Of a stretch of 64,000 nucleotides of DNA, positions 43,979-53,315 are shown piece after piece. The notes under the pieces are model-generated. The model worked only from the letters and a program-made list of their open reading frames with translations. It was not told the origin of the DNA and did no database searches. The position numbers and the translations under genes are program-made. Every line of letters starts with the position of its first letter. The stretch's first letter is position 1. The stretch spans positions 128,001-192,000 of the forward strand of contig CAWFQB010000001.1 of assembly GCA_963817895.1 (NCBI GenBank). The letters run 5' to 3'. Source of the DNA: an uncultured Chthonomonadaceae bacterium (lineage in GTDB: Bacteria > Armatimonadota > Chthonomonadetes > Chthonomonadales > Chthonomonadaceae).

Positions 43979-44187
43979 AGACCGAAACTGTAACGCGGAG
44001 ATTGCGCCTGGTGGTAATGGTCGGCGCGCTTGCGCTGATGTTGGGAGCCGGAGCGAAAATCGCGCCGAACTCTCACCGTTCGGATGCGCCTACGGTCACG
44101 ATTTCCAGCGATGTCCTCAATGGCTCGCTTCAGATCGCGGATGGCAGCGAATCAACGGGTGGCGGCAAACCCAAGCCACACGGCTAA
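43975..44187 (+). CDS. Small secreted pro-peptide (70 aa)
   Basis: ATGA overlap with the upstream stop; Sec-type signal MKTETVTRRLR-LVVMVGALALMLGAGA; polar tail QIADGSESTGGGKPKPHG. Confidence 0.75.
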   Translation: MKTETVTRRLRLVVMVGALALMLGAGAKIAPNSHRSDAPTVTISSDVLNGSLQIADGSESTGGGKPKPHG

Positions 44188-44189
44188 GG

Positions 44190-44253
44190 AGTTGATAGTT
44201 CGTAGTTGATAGTTGATAGTTCTTGTGTGTCTATCAACTATAACCTATTAACT
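44190..44253. repeat. Inverted heptamer element (AGTTGAT)n ... (ATCAACT)n
   Basis: Begins 2 nt after the peptide stop codon. Confidence 0.8.
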
Positions 44254-44277
44254 TTCCAAGCCAGTATTCTATTGTTC

Positions 44278-44305
44278 AGCCCGCTTTCGCTTTAGAAAGC
44301 GGGCT
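44278..44305 (+). terminator. GC-rich hairpin after the peptide gene
   Basis: 11-bp stem agcccgctttc / gaaagcgggct; weak U-tract. Confidence 0.5.
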
Positions 44306-44357
44306 TGCGTCCTGTGTCACCCGTTGTCGCTTTGATAAAGCCATCAGGGAGAGTGTT

Positions 44358-45338
44358 ATGCCTCGATGCGTGTTCTCAATTTTTGTGGGGGTTGCCGGGT
44401 TGTCGGCAACTTTGTCGCCTGTACAGGCGCAGCAGGCCGATGCCACGCTCCGGCTGATTCAGCAACAGCCGCCGGATCCGCCTGTTATCGGAATCGGGCG
44501 CAGGCAGCAGCGCAATGGCCTGGTTACCAATGAGGGACATACGACCGGATGGATACAAACGGAAACGCGGCGGATTGACAATGACCCGCACAAAGCGTAC
44601 GTGCTGCTCGCGCCGGGGGGACGGGGATACAACGGGCGGCGCAACGTCTTACGTTTTAACGATACGCCACGTCCATCGAACGACAAAGACACTGTGCCGG
44701 AGATGCCCTCAGCGGGTCTACTTGTGGTGCTGCCTCCGGCGGATGGCGACGGCACACTGGCCGCGCAATTCTGGGGCGAAGTGATGCGGAGCGTGCTGAA
44801 GGGCCGCTATTATGTAGCCGTTGCCGTCGCGCCGAAGTGGGCGGACGCGCAGACGTCTCCCTGGGTCACGGAAACTACCCTCAAACAGACGAAGGGAGCG
44901 ACCTTCACGACGGAAACCTTCGCGAAAGACATTGTAAACGACGTGAACACGGTTTACAACATTGATCCGCAGCGGGTGTTTCTGCACGGCGCGGCGGAAA
45001 GCGGATTGGCCGTATATGCCTGCTCCCTGGCGCCGCAAACGCCGTTCAAAGGGTTTTACATTCACGACGCGCCATTCCGCTCCGGGCAGTTGCCGCCCCT
45101 CGCCGCGTCACGCGGCAGGCGCTACTTTTTACAGCAGAGTCAGGACGACAAGACCGGCCCCCTGTGGATGGCCGAAGCCGCCCGCAAACTGCTTGGGGAG
45201 CGGGGCGCGACCGTAAAAGTGGCCCCCTATCACGGCACGGGCGCGTACAACTTTGCCGATAACAACCGCTGGGAACATTTAGGTGAGGCCATAACGTGGC
45301 TCGAATCCGGTTCCCAACCCATTGCCAAAATGAAGTAG
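44358..45338 (+). CDS. Secreted alpha/beta-hydrolase-fold protein with degenerate catalytic motifs
   Basis: Signal peptide (VQA); YNIDPQRVFLHGAAESG in place of GxSxG; YFLQQSQDD; C-terminal EAITWL. Confidence 0.65.
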   Translation: MPRCVFSIFVGVAGLSATLSPVQAQQADATLRLIQQQPPDPPVIGIGRRQQRNGLVTNEGHTTGWIQTETRRIDNDPHKAYVLLAPGGRGYNGRRNVLRFNDTPRPSNDKDTVPEMPSAGLLVVLPPADGDGTLAAQFWGEVMRSVLKGRYYVAVAVAPKWADAQTSPWVTETTLKQTKGATFTTETFAKDIVNDVNTVYNIDPQRVFLHGAAESGLAVYACSLAPQTPFKGFYIHDAPFRSGQLPPLAASRGRRYFLQQSQDDKTGPLWMAEAARKLLGERGATVKVAPYHGTGAYNFADNNRWEHLGEAITWLESGSQPIAKMK

Positions 45339-45343
45339 GGTGT

Positions 45344-45499
45344 TGTCTTGAACCCGGATTTTCAGGATTAAGGGATTATCAGGATTTTTAGAACGCGCGT
45401 CTGTCCGGTTGAATTATCGTTCGCCGTATTGCAGAATTTCTATGAGGAAGACCGGTCCAATCCCGTTAATCCGCTATCTTGAAAATTCGGGTTCAGACA
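45344..45499. repeat. Inverted nonamer element (CAGGATT type)
   Basis: tgtcttgaacccggattttcaggatt... / ...atcttgaaaattcgggttcagaca. Confidence 0.8.
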
Positions 45500-45504
45500 G
45501 AATT

Positions 45505-45532
45505 CGCCCGCCGCAAACAGTTGCGGCGGGCG
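45505..45532. terminator. Hairpin between convergent genes
   Basis: cgcccgccgcaa-acag-ttgcggcgggcg. Confidence 0.6.
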
Positions 45533-45566
45533 TTGTTGCCGGTATCGGCAACCAGCAGACAAAAAA

Positions 45567-46502
45567 CTATTTTTTAGAGGCGAGTTCTTCGTAGGGCGGA
45601 GCTATTTCGCGAGTTCGAGAAACGTACATCGTTCCATGCCCGCCCGGCTTCGGCTGCGCGACAGCAGTATCTTCGATGATGCGTCCGCTGGCCCATAACG
45701 AATACTCTGTAAATCCCCTGTTGAGGGAATGGGCCAGTCGTATATCGGGATGATTGGTAAAGCCGCCCCGGAACCTGTTCGTCGATGCTCCGCGAAGTTT
45801 CGTAATTGGTTCCCAGGTAAACATGCATTCGTCTGCGCTCAGGAATTGAAGCGTTAGTCCTGCGCCCTCTTTCGGGAGAACGCCCGGCAGCGCGTCCCAT
45901 ACTTTTTGCAGCGATTCGGACTGGCTAAACCGATCCACAATCAGCATTTGACGCAACTCCGATTTGTGCTGCATGGCCCAGGGCTTCCACAAAAGGCGCA
46001 GTTGGTAGGCTTTCACGCGAAACTTTGCGCTGTCCTCCGGGCGAAACGCCGCAGGAGTTGCAGCGCCAGAAGGAACAACAGAGGGTGTTCGTATCTGCGG
46101 GCCGGTTAAATATACAAAAAGAGCATGTTGCAGATTGTAGACAAGTCTCGGCCCACATACCGCAACGACCAGTGCCGCGCTTACCGTCATCGCCCATATC
46201 CTGCGCCGTTGCCGTCTGCCCATATCGCCATTTCGATCAAGCACAACGTCTTCGTGAAACGTTTGTGGCATTTCCGCGCCGCTCAGTTCCGGCAGTCGCG
46301 CCATGAGCGCGGCGTAAACATGCGGTGGCGTGGCCTCCCTCGCCAGATTTTGCAAACCGGTTTCGATTTGCCGCATTTGTGTCTGTTCTTCCCGGCACTC
46401 TGGACAGGCGCGGCAGTGCCGGCGCAGTTTCCAGGCTTGTATCGGTGACAATCTTTCACTCTCACGCGAGGCAATCTGCGCGCGGCTCGGTTTGCTGCAC
46501 AT
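45567..46502 (-). CDS. Zinc-binding anti-sigma factor (zf-HC2) with TM and extracytoplasmic domain
   Basis: HCRACPEC (HxxxCxxC), TM IWAMTVSAALVVAV; overlaps the sigma gene, GAGAAGGAG RBS. Confidence 0.85.
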   Translation of the reverse strand: MCSKPSRAQIASRESERLSPIQAWKLRRHCRACPECREEQTQMRQIETGLQNLAREATPPHVYAALMARLPELSGAEMPQTFHEDVVLDRNGDMGRRQRRRIWAMTVSAALVVAVCGPRLVYNLQHALFVYLTGPQIRTPSVVPSGAATPAAFRPEDSAKFRVKAYQLRLLWKPWAMQHKSELRQMLIVDRFSQSESLQKVWDALPGVLPKEGAGLTLQFLSADECMFTWEPITKLRGASTNRFRGGFTNHPDIRLAHSLNRGFTEYSLWASGRIIEDTAVAQPKPGGHGTMYVSRTREIAPPYEELASKK

Positions 46503-47073
46503 CGTTGCACTCCTTCTCAACGGCGTGAAGCAGGGCTGCCATTTGCTTTTTTGCCTGCCACACGCGCCATTTGGTTGTCGTCAGCGGCTCGTTCATCACT
46601 TCCGCCGCTTCTCGTTGCGTCAATCCCTGCGCAGTGACCAGCAGCAGGGCTTCGCGAAAAAGCGGCTGCAATTGCGCCAGCGCACGTTCCAGAGTCAGGG
46701 CGTCAATCACGCCCGCTTCCATTCCGCCGCCACCCGCCACAGGCATAATCATAATTGTGGTTTCGGGTTCCCCACTCCATTCTTCTATGAATGGAACTGT
46801 TTCCGGCGCGTATTGGCGGCTGCGGTCACGCCACCGTCGGGACGCGATGCCGAGCAGCCATGTCAGCAGGCGCGAACGCCCCTGAAAGCTGTCGCGCCCC
46901 TGCCATGCGGCGAGAAACACCTCCTGCACAATGTCCTCCGCGTCGCTCCGGCTGCCGCTCAGACGCAGCGCGAAGCCCATCACGCGATCCGCATACTGCG
47001 CGTACAGCAGTTGAAAGCCGCGTGGATTGCCCGCCCGTATCAGTTGAAGCAGTTCTTGTTCGTTGTCCCGCAT
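46462..47073 (-). CDS. ECF RNA polymerase sigma factor
   Basis: DAEDIVQEVFLAAW, FQGRSRLLTWL, GLTQREAAEVM..PLTTTKWRV. Confidence 0.93.
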   Translation of the reverse strand: MRDNEQELLQLIRAGNPRGFQLLYAQYADRVMGFALRLSGSRSDAEDIVQEVFLAAWQGRDSFQGRSRLLTWLLGIASRRWRDRSRQYAPETVPFIEEWSGEPETTIMIMPVAGGGGMEAGVIDALTLERALAQLQPLFREALLLVTAQGLTQREAAEVMNEPLTTTKWRVWQAKKQMAALLHAVEKECNDVQQTEPRADCLA

Positions 47074-47160
47074 AAAATTTGCCCTCACCTACTTGGTAGC
47101 GGAAGGGGCGGAAATAGTTAGTGGCTGACGGCTACTATTTAATGCCGAATGAGAACTTCA

Positions 47161-47189
47161 TGTTGGGCGCAGCAAGCAACGCCCCTACA
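47161..47189 (-). repeat. Single GTAG-type REP hairpin
   Basis: Minus strand reads GTAGGGGCGTTGCTTGCTGCGCCC. Confidence 0.6.
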
Positions 47190-47220
47190 AACCTGAAGTT
47201 TTCATACGCTGTTAGTATAT

Positions 47221-50200
47221 CTAATGCTTGATGCCTTCATCCTCTTTCGATTGTGGGGCGAGAACGCGGTAGGGACGCACGGCCTGCGTCAGCCCTTTCA
47301 CCTGTACCGGTTCGCCGACCACGAACACAAAGGCGTCTCGCGTCTCCTGAAAAACCTCTTCGCTGACGATAATATCCCCGCCATTCGCAATAGATTGCAG
47401 GCGCGCGGCCACTACGACCGTCAGGCCCATCGCGGTATAGTTCACCTGCTGTTTGGAATTGCCCACCAGCCCGACAATCGCGTCGCCATAGTGCAGGGAG
47501 ATGCCGAAATTGAGTACGGGTTTGCCGTTTCGCGCCTGCCACGTAGATAGGGCGAGTACGGCTTCGCGCATGGCAAGCGCGGCGCTGACGGCCCGCGAAA
47601 TGTCTTCCTGTACAGCAAGCGCGGCTTGCTCTGTTCGCGTAGTCTCTTTTTGTTGGGAAGGAGTAAGCTGAAAAAATGCCATCAGGCCATCCCCTGTGTA
47701 TTTATCCAGAATTCCGCCATGCGCGTGCAGCGCGTCCGTGAGCGCGGTCATGTAAGCGTTGATAACCTCCAGAACTTCCGTTGCGTCGTGCTGCTCGGCA
47801 AACGCGGTGAACTGGCGCGCGTCGGCGAACAACACACAGATTTTCTCGCGAACGCCGCCCATTTGCAGTTCCTGCCCGTGCTGTTTCAGCCACGCCTGTA
47901 GCATGTGGGGAGCCACAAACCGCCCGAACAGTTCCGACACGCGCAGTTTGTCCACCCGTTCGCGCGTAAAGCGGAACTGCGTGGCAAGCGCGGCGGTGGC
48001 TGCCATTGTCAGCAGAGGAAGCACGGGATCAAACCAGTAACCGCCCAGGAGATATTCCGCAATGCTGCCTGCAATCACGAGAAACAGCGGAATCAGCAAT
48101 CGAATCGCGGATTCCAGCGGCTCATGCCGCGCGCAGGTATAGCCAACGGCCATGCCGAGCAGCAGCGTGAGGAGTTCAAATGTGAGCGGTGGCGCGCGTT
48201 GAAAGGCTTCCTGCGACAACAGAGTGGCGGTGGCATACGCCTGCGCTTCGGGCAGGGTCATCACCCCGGCAGACGTGGAAACCATCGGATGCGGCGTTGA
48301 ATCCAGAAACACCACGCGCCCGCGCAGCATGTCTGCGGCAGGTTTCCATTCTCCCTCCGCTTCCCCGGAATCCTCTGAATCCTCTGAGTTTTTCGGCGGC
48401 TGCAAACCCTGCGGTTTGCCAGGCGGCGTTGGCGGCGGAGGCGCGGCAGGATGTTCCCCGGTGGCGGCAGGACGCAGCGAAAGCATGGGCGCGTTGGCGC
48501 GGACTTCGGCATAGGTGGCGCGCAGAAAGTCCTCGCGCGGCCCCTCGCCGACAAAATCAATCATTACGCTGTCCGGGTATACCTGCGGTCTGGCGCAGCC
48601 GGGAATGTCGCGCAGGGAGGTAAGTTGAGGGTTGAAAATTATGTCTTTCCCATGTCCTTCCCGCTCTGCGGGTGGACGCCCGGATTGAGGGGCGTGTCCT
48701 TCTCCCCGTGTTGACGCCCCGATGATAGGTGGAGGGTTACTGTTTGCAGGTGGATGCGCGCCGGCAGGGGGCGTGTCGGGCAGGGTTGCCGGCTGGCTCA
48801 AAGGCAAAACCGTTTGAAGATCGGCGCACAGCAGGGCCGGCAGGGGCGGTCTTCCCGTCCAGGTTTCGGGCACAACGGGCAGATAGGTGGCAGGGGAACG
48901 GAGCATTGTCGCGTTGCCCACAGTGGGCGCGGCTGTTTCCAACCGTTGTATGATGGTATCGTCGGCATGGGCGATGGGAGGGACCGCCAGCACAACATCG
49001 GGTGAGCGGCGTAGTACAGCGGCCAGTCTGCCCGCGTCGCGCCGGTTCCGCTCCACATCATGGCTGTTAGGAGCCAGTCCCTCGTTGCGGGATGTCCAGG
49101 TGTCAATCATCCGGTTGTACAGATAGGGCAGGGGCAGAACGATACGCGCCGCGCCCCGTTTGCGCAGCAATTCGATCATGTCCGCCTGCACCGCAGCTTC
49201 GGACCGCTGACTCGCGTCATACCGCGTTTGCGCGTCCATGCGCAGGATAACAAATCGGTCGCGCGGGCCAGGAGCGGGCCGCATGAGATGGGGCAGCGAA
49301 ACAAACGGCAGGTTTCGCGCCGTATGAAGGCGCGTGAGCGTTGTCAGGGCAAGGCTTTGCAGGGGGCCGGTAAACCGGGGCGGCACATTCAAGACCAGTG
49401 TGGCAATCGCAAGTCCCAAAACGACGCCGCGCAGGTCGAGCGTGTAGAGCGTTTTGTCCGTCGCCCGTTTTGTCCCGAAGGAAGATATGGGTATGCGCCA
49501 GCGCCATACAAGGCATCGGGTAAGCGCGCGGGTGAAAGGCTGAAGCCAGTGACGCAGGGGACGCGCCGAGCTTTGCAGCGTGTGGATATACAGGCGCGTC
49601 AGCAGAGGGAAACTAAAAAAACACAGGCTTAATCCCAACATATCCAGACCCGGATTGTCCGGCGTGAACGTTAGCGCGAGCATAAACACGATGGCGGACG
49701 CCATGCTGAGAGTGATTCCGGCGCGGGCGGAGCGTTCGCTGTCGCCACTCCGCCTGCCCGCAAACGAACCGATGGCCGCGCCGAGCAGGGCGATCACCCA
49801 AAAAACGCAAAATAGTGCGAACCAGATCGGCAGCAGCCAGATAGCGCCGTTGGCATCCACTTCACCGGGCGCTACAGAAATCGTGTTCAGATTGTTCAGG
49901 GCTTTGTACTGAACGGTATAAATCAACAGCCCGCCGATAACGGACAGGCAAACGGCCCACCGCAGGGCGCTGTCGCGAGTGTGCCACACGGCCCGCCCGT
50001 GAACCATAACCCACACAGCGGCAATCAGGCCGTAGCCGATGTTCAGGGATATCCAGATTCCTGTCAAGCCCTGCCGCCAGTGAGCCGACACCATCGCGGC
50101 AAGAACCACCATTACCAGAAGGGCGCGCTCCGCCATGCGCAGCCGGGGCCGCCAGTGTTGCCACCATGCGCCAATCCGCAGGCGCAACCCCGGACGGCGC

Positions 50201-50250
50201 GGGGCAAGTTCGGAGGATACAGGCAGAGACTTATCGGGGTTTTCATTCAT
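47221..50250 (-). CDS. Class III adenylate/guanylate cyclase with N-terminal multi-TM region and CHASE2-like domain
   Basis: ELFGRFVAP, VLFADARQFT, LDKYTGDGLMAFF, ISLHYGDAIVG, AARLQ, VKG; 3 TMs precede the cyclase domain. Confidence 0.88.
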   Translation of the reverse strand: MNENPDKSLPVSSELAPRRPGLRLRIGAWWQHWRPRLRMAERALLVMVVLAAMVSAHWRQGLTGIWISLNIGYGLIAAVWVMVHGRAVWHTRDSALRWAVCLSVIGGLLIYTVQYKALNNLNTISVAPGEVDANGAIWLLPIWFALFCVFWVIALLGAAIGSFAGRRSGDSERSARAGITLSMASAIVFMLALTFTPDNPGLDMLGLSLCFFSFPLLTRLYIHTLQSSARPLRHWLQPFTRALTRCLVWRWRIPISSFGTKRATDKTLYTLDLRGVVLGLAIATLVLNVPPRFTGPLQSLALTTLTRLHTARNLPFVSLPHLMRPAPGPRDRFVILRMDAQTRYDASQRSEAAVQADMIELLRKRGAARIVLPLPYLYNRMIDTWTSRNEGLAPNSHDVERNRRDAGRLAAVLRRSPDVVLAVPPIAHADDTIIQRLETAAPTVGNATMLRSPATYLPVVPETWTGRPPLPALLCADLQTVLPLSQPATLPDTPPAGAHPPANSNPPPIIGASTRGEGHAPQSGRPPAEREGHGKDIIFNPQLTSLRDIPGCARPQVYPDSVMIDFVGEGPREDFLRATYAEVRANAPMLSLRPAATGEHPAAPPPPTPPGKPQGLQPPKNSEDSEDSGEAEGEWKPAADMLRGRVVFLDSTPHPMVSTSAGVMTLPEAQAYATATLLSQEAFQRAPPLTFELLTLLLGMAVGYTCARHEPLESAIRLLIPLFLVIAGSIAEYLLGGYWFDPVLPLLTMAATAALATQFRFTRERVDKLRVSELFGRFVAPHMLQAWLKQHGQELQMGGVREKICVLFADARQFTAFAEQHDATEVLEVINAYMTALTDALHAHGGILDKYTGDGLMAFFQLTPSQQKETTRTEQAALAVQEDISRAVSAALAMREAVLALSTWQARNGKPVLNFGISLHYGDAIVGLVGNSKQQVNYTAMGLTVVVAARLQSIANGGDIIVSEEVFQETRDAFVFVVGEPVQVKGLTQAVRPYRVLAPQSKEDEGIKH

Positions 50251-52583
50251 ACGAATTTTCCACAGGAGCCGAACGCGCCTGAACCTCTGGCAGCAAAAGA
50301 CGCTCTCTATCCGCCGCCTGTGTCAGCGCCCACGCGAACCCGAACAGCATAATCATGGCCGCCGCCGTCACGCCCGAATCATTAAACAGCAGCGACGCGA
50401 CGGCTCCGGCGATAAGGCCGTAGGAGGTTGAGAGTTGAGAGTTGAGAGTTGAGAGGAATTCTTTTCCCTTTTCCCTTTTCCCTCTTCCCTCTTCTTGTAT
50501 CTCGTATCTCGTATCTTGTATCTCTTCTTTTCCCTCTTCTCCCTGTCTCCTCTTCTCCCTGTCTCCTTGTCTTCCCATATAGACGAAACCCAACGTCGCA
50601 ACAATCAGAGCCGCGCTCCAGGGGCTGTGCAGCAGAAGATGACCTTCCAGCAACAGTTTGCGGGACGCGGCGGCGAACAGGCCACCGCCGGAACCGGCGA
50701 ATGTCCGCGCAAAGTGCGACTGCCCGGAGATGCCGCGCCGCATGTCCAGCAGGAGCAGACCGGCCAACCCCAGCGCTACCCCGACGCCAACAAGAAGCAG
50801 GTCGCGCCCGCGCAATTTCCCGCGCCACAACATCAGCCCCTGTACGCCAAACGCGATTCCCGCTGAAGGAATCGCGCCCACCTTCGCGCCGAACCGGTTG
50901 TAGCCGAGGAGGAAGAGGAGGAGGAGAAAAGGAGAAAAGGAGAAAAGGAGAAAAGGAGAAAAAGCATCTCGTTCCACTTTTTGCCCGTTAGACAACACCT
51001 TATTATTGTCTCTCCTCTCCTCTTCTCCTCTTCCTGCCAAAATACACGCCGCGCCGATGACCACGCCCATGTACTCGTTGCCGATGCCGTAGAAGCGGGC
51101 GGCTTCCATGATGGAGTAGCTCATCCAGGCTTGTCGCAGCAGGAGGGAGCCGGAAAGCAGGTCGAGAGCGATAGCGCCGAGCAGAACGGCAAACAGGATG
51201 GTGAGCAGCAGGGGAACGCCGTGCCGGGAGGGATACAAACGCCACGCAGTTCCGGCAAAGGCAAGCGTGACGATTGCCAGCATCGCGCCTGCGCCCGGAA
51301 TGGATTGGGGAACGAAGGGCAGGGAGGGCAGCATCAGCAGGGCGAACGGCAGGGCTACGATGGCGGCGCAGCAGGCGCAGGCGAAACGGCGCTGATTCCG
51401 CTGATAACATCCCAACGCCGCAATGACAAGCAGCATTTGCAGCGTAGGCAGGCCGCCGTACACATCTTTCAAGCGTTCGGACTGCAAAACGCGGTCATGC
51501 GCGGCCTGCCAGTCGGCAAGCGTATTGAGTTGGGGCGGGGGCTGAACGTGAAACGCGCGTCCGATTGCGCCTGGCAAGAGTGGCAATCCCCAGGCGTCGG
51601 CAACAGAAGGCAGGAAATCGGTGTTGACCACAATGCCGGGTACGCGAGTGGAGGGCGAAGTCAATGTACCGGCAGGCGCGTCGCGGCCCCACATCAGAAT
51701 CGGCGCAAGGCGATCTCGAACTTCCGTTGAAGCGGCAGGCGCGGGCGACACTAGCAAGAATCGAATCGGTGAGCCGGATGTTGTCTGCATCTGAGCGCGA
51801 ATGTTGGTCAGCAGGCTATCCAGAAAACGCAACGTTATAAGGCGTTGCGCGTCCCGTTGCGCGGGCAGGCAAAACGGGCCGTAACTGTCCGCCCGCGCCA
51901 GATCGCCGAACACGAGAACCGTCAGCGCGTCCCGTTCCGACAGGTTGGCAAGAGCGCGTTGCAGCATGGCAGCATCGTCGCGCCTGCCATACGGCGCGTA
52001 AATCGCCCCGGTATCGGTCAACGTTTGTGGCTGCGCGACATCCACGCGCCCCGCATCGTCCCCTGCAAGCAGCAGGCCCTCCCCCTGAATCGTATCCGTA
52101 TCGGCGTTACCGTAAACGGCTGTGCGCCAGCCTTGCGCATGGGCCAGAGCGCCGATTGATTTCATGGGTGTCGGGTGTTGTGGATTGCGCAAGGGCGCGT
52201 GTGCCGTTGCCGAGAGTGAGGGACAGGGAAGGGAGCGTGTCGCGCCCGTCGGCGGTTAGTTGGCGGGGATTGCCGGCGCGGGCGGCGCGGCATACCATCC
52301 AGCCTGCCGCTCCCTCGCTGCGCAGGGCTGTCAGACCGGGCAGGGGGCAGCGCGTCAGGTCATCGGCGCGCAGACCGGGAACCAGCAATACCACAACGCG
52401 ATGGGCAGGAACGGAGGGCGTTTGCGCGATTGCAGGCGCAATGCCGCCGAACAGCAGGAACCACAACAGCGCGGTGAGGGGGCAGGCACACGCCCGCAGC
52501 AGCAACGCCGCCGTATGTCGGGATAGTCGGCATTGTTGAAACTGTTGAAAGTGTTGAAGTTGTTGAAAAAGTGAATTGGTCAC
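50243..52583 (-). CDS. Membrane protein with alkaline-phosphatase-like extracytoplasmic domain; frameshift near 52185
   Basis: VVVLLVPGL, LTSPSTRVPGIVVNTDFLP, ARFYGIGNEYMG, LFNDSGV; GTG start 6 nt after a -10 box. Confidence 0.75.
50427..50576. repeat. In-frame composite of four repeat arrays (GTTGAGA, TTTTCCC, TCGTATC, TCCCTGTC/TCCTCTTC)
   Basis: Encodes RQGDREKRRQGEEGKEEIQDTRYEIQEEGRGKREKGKEFLSTLNSQLST between two TMs. Confidence 0.9.
50922..51033. repeat. In-frame inverted octamer element (AGAAAAGG type)
   Basis: Same unit as 1585-1700; encodes RGEEERRD...[14 protein letters not shown]. Confidence 0.85.
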
Positions 52584-52589
52584 ATCGTC

Positions 52590-52618
52590 ATTATGCCGCA
52601 GTATAAAAACAGTGTCAA
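52590..52618 (-). promoter_or_regulatory. Sigma70 promoter TTGACA-N17-CATAAT, probably leaderless
   Basis: Minus strand ttgaca-ctgtttttatactgcgg-cataat-gacgat-GTG. Confidence 0.65.
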
Positions 52619-52761
52619 GGCGCGAAATCAGCAGGGCAAGCGCGGAACATTTCGGCGGCAAACAGGTCAAAAGAAAGAATACGCATGAAACCCCCTTTTC
52701 ATGCGGACGCTGACCCTGCTTGCATCCCCTGCCGCTACGCGCGGCTTGCATGGGAGAGTTC

Positions 52762-53079
52762 ATGATGGAACCCTGGCGGCTATCCGTTCACCCGATTTAT
52801 GGAGCCATTTATCGAGACGGCGAATTTGTGCAGCGCGGCGCGATACTGGGCCTGAACACGCAGGCCAATGGCGTTGTCGTGGCCCCGGCCAGCGGGTGGG
52901 TTCGCGTGGTACGCGCCTCCGCTTCTGACGATTCGCTAAAATCATCCTCTGAATCCGTCCCGCAAAACGCTGCCAGAAACAATGTTATAGATAGTTCTAG
53001 AGACAGTTCTAAAGACAATTCCAAAGAAACGCGGGTTGACTACATACTGGTAGAAATCTGGCCGCAATCCCGAACGTAG
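52762..53079 (+). CDS. Small hypothetical protein
   Basis: GGGAG RBS; GEFVQRGAILG...VVAPASGWV resembles a barrel-sandwich (biotinyl/lipoyl-like) pattern; 12-bp repeats encode DSSR/DSSK/DNSK. Confidence 0.55.
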   Translation: MMEPWRLSVHPIYGAIYRDGEFVQRGAILGLNTQANGVVVAPASGWVRVVRASASDDSLKSSSESVPQNAARNNVIDSSRDSSKDNSKETRVDYILVEIWPQSRT

Positions 53080-53315
53080 CGCGTCTTACTGGTGTTCGGT
53101 ACTCGGTACTCGGTGTTGCTGATGTCGCCGTTTTCGTATCCCTGTCACGTTGCAGTTCCCCCGCGAATTTCCTCTCTTTTGCCCCTTGATATAGTAGACA
53201 AAAGCATACTTTCGTGTTACAATAAACTACTTGAACCAATTTCCGCTTCTGAATAGATAGAACAGGCCGCTTCCATTTTTGGAGTAGAGTTGGCCTGACG
53301 CAGAAAGGTATCGCT

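Noticed and set aside
43975..44187. Small ORF as a RiPP precursor
   Set aside because: It has a Sec-type signal rather than a RiPP leader, and no modifying enzymes or dedicated exporter are adjacent.
45567..47073. ECF sigma/anti-sigma pair as novel
   Set aside because: Standard ECF plus zf-HC2 TM anti-sigma arrangement.
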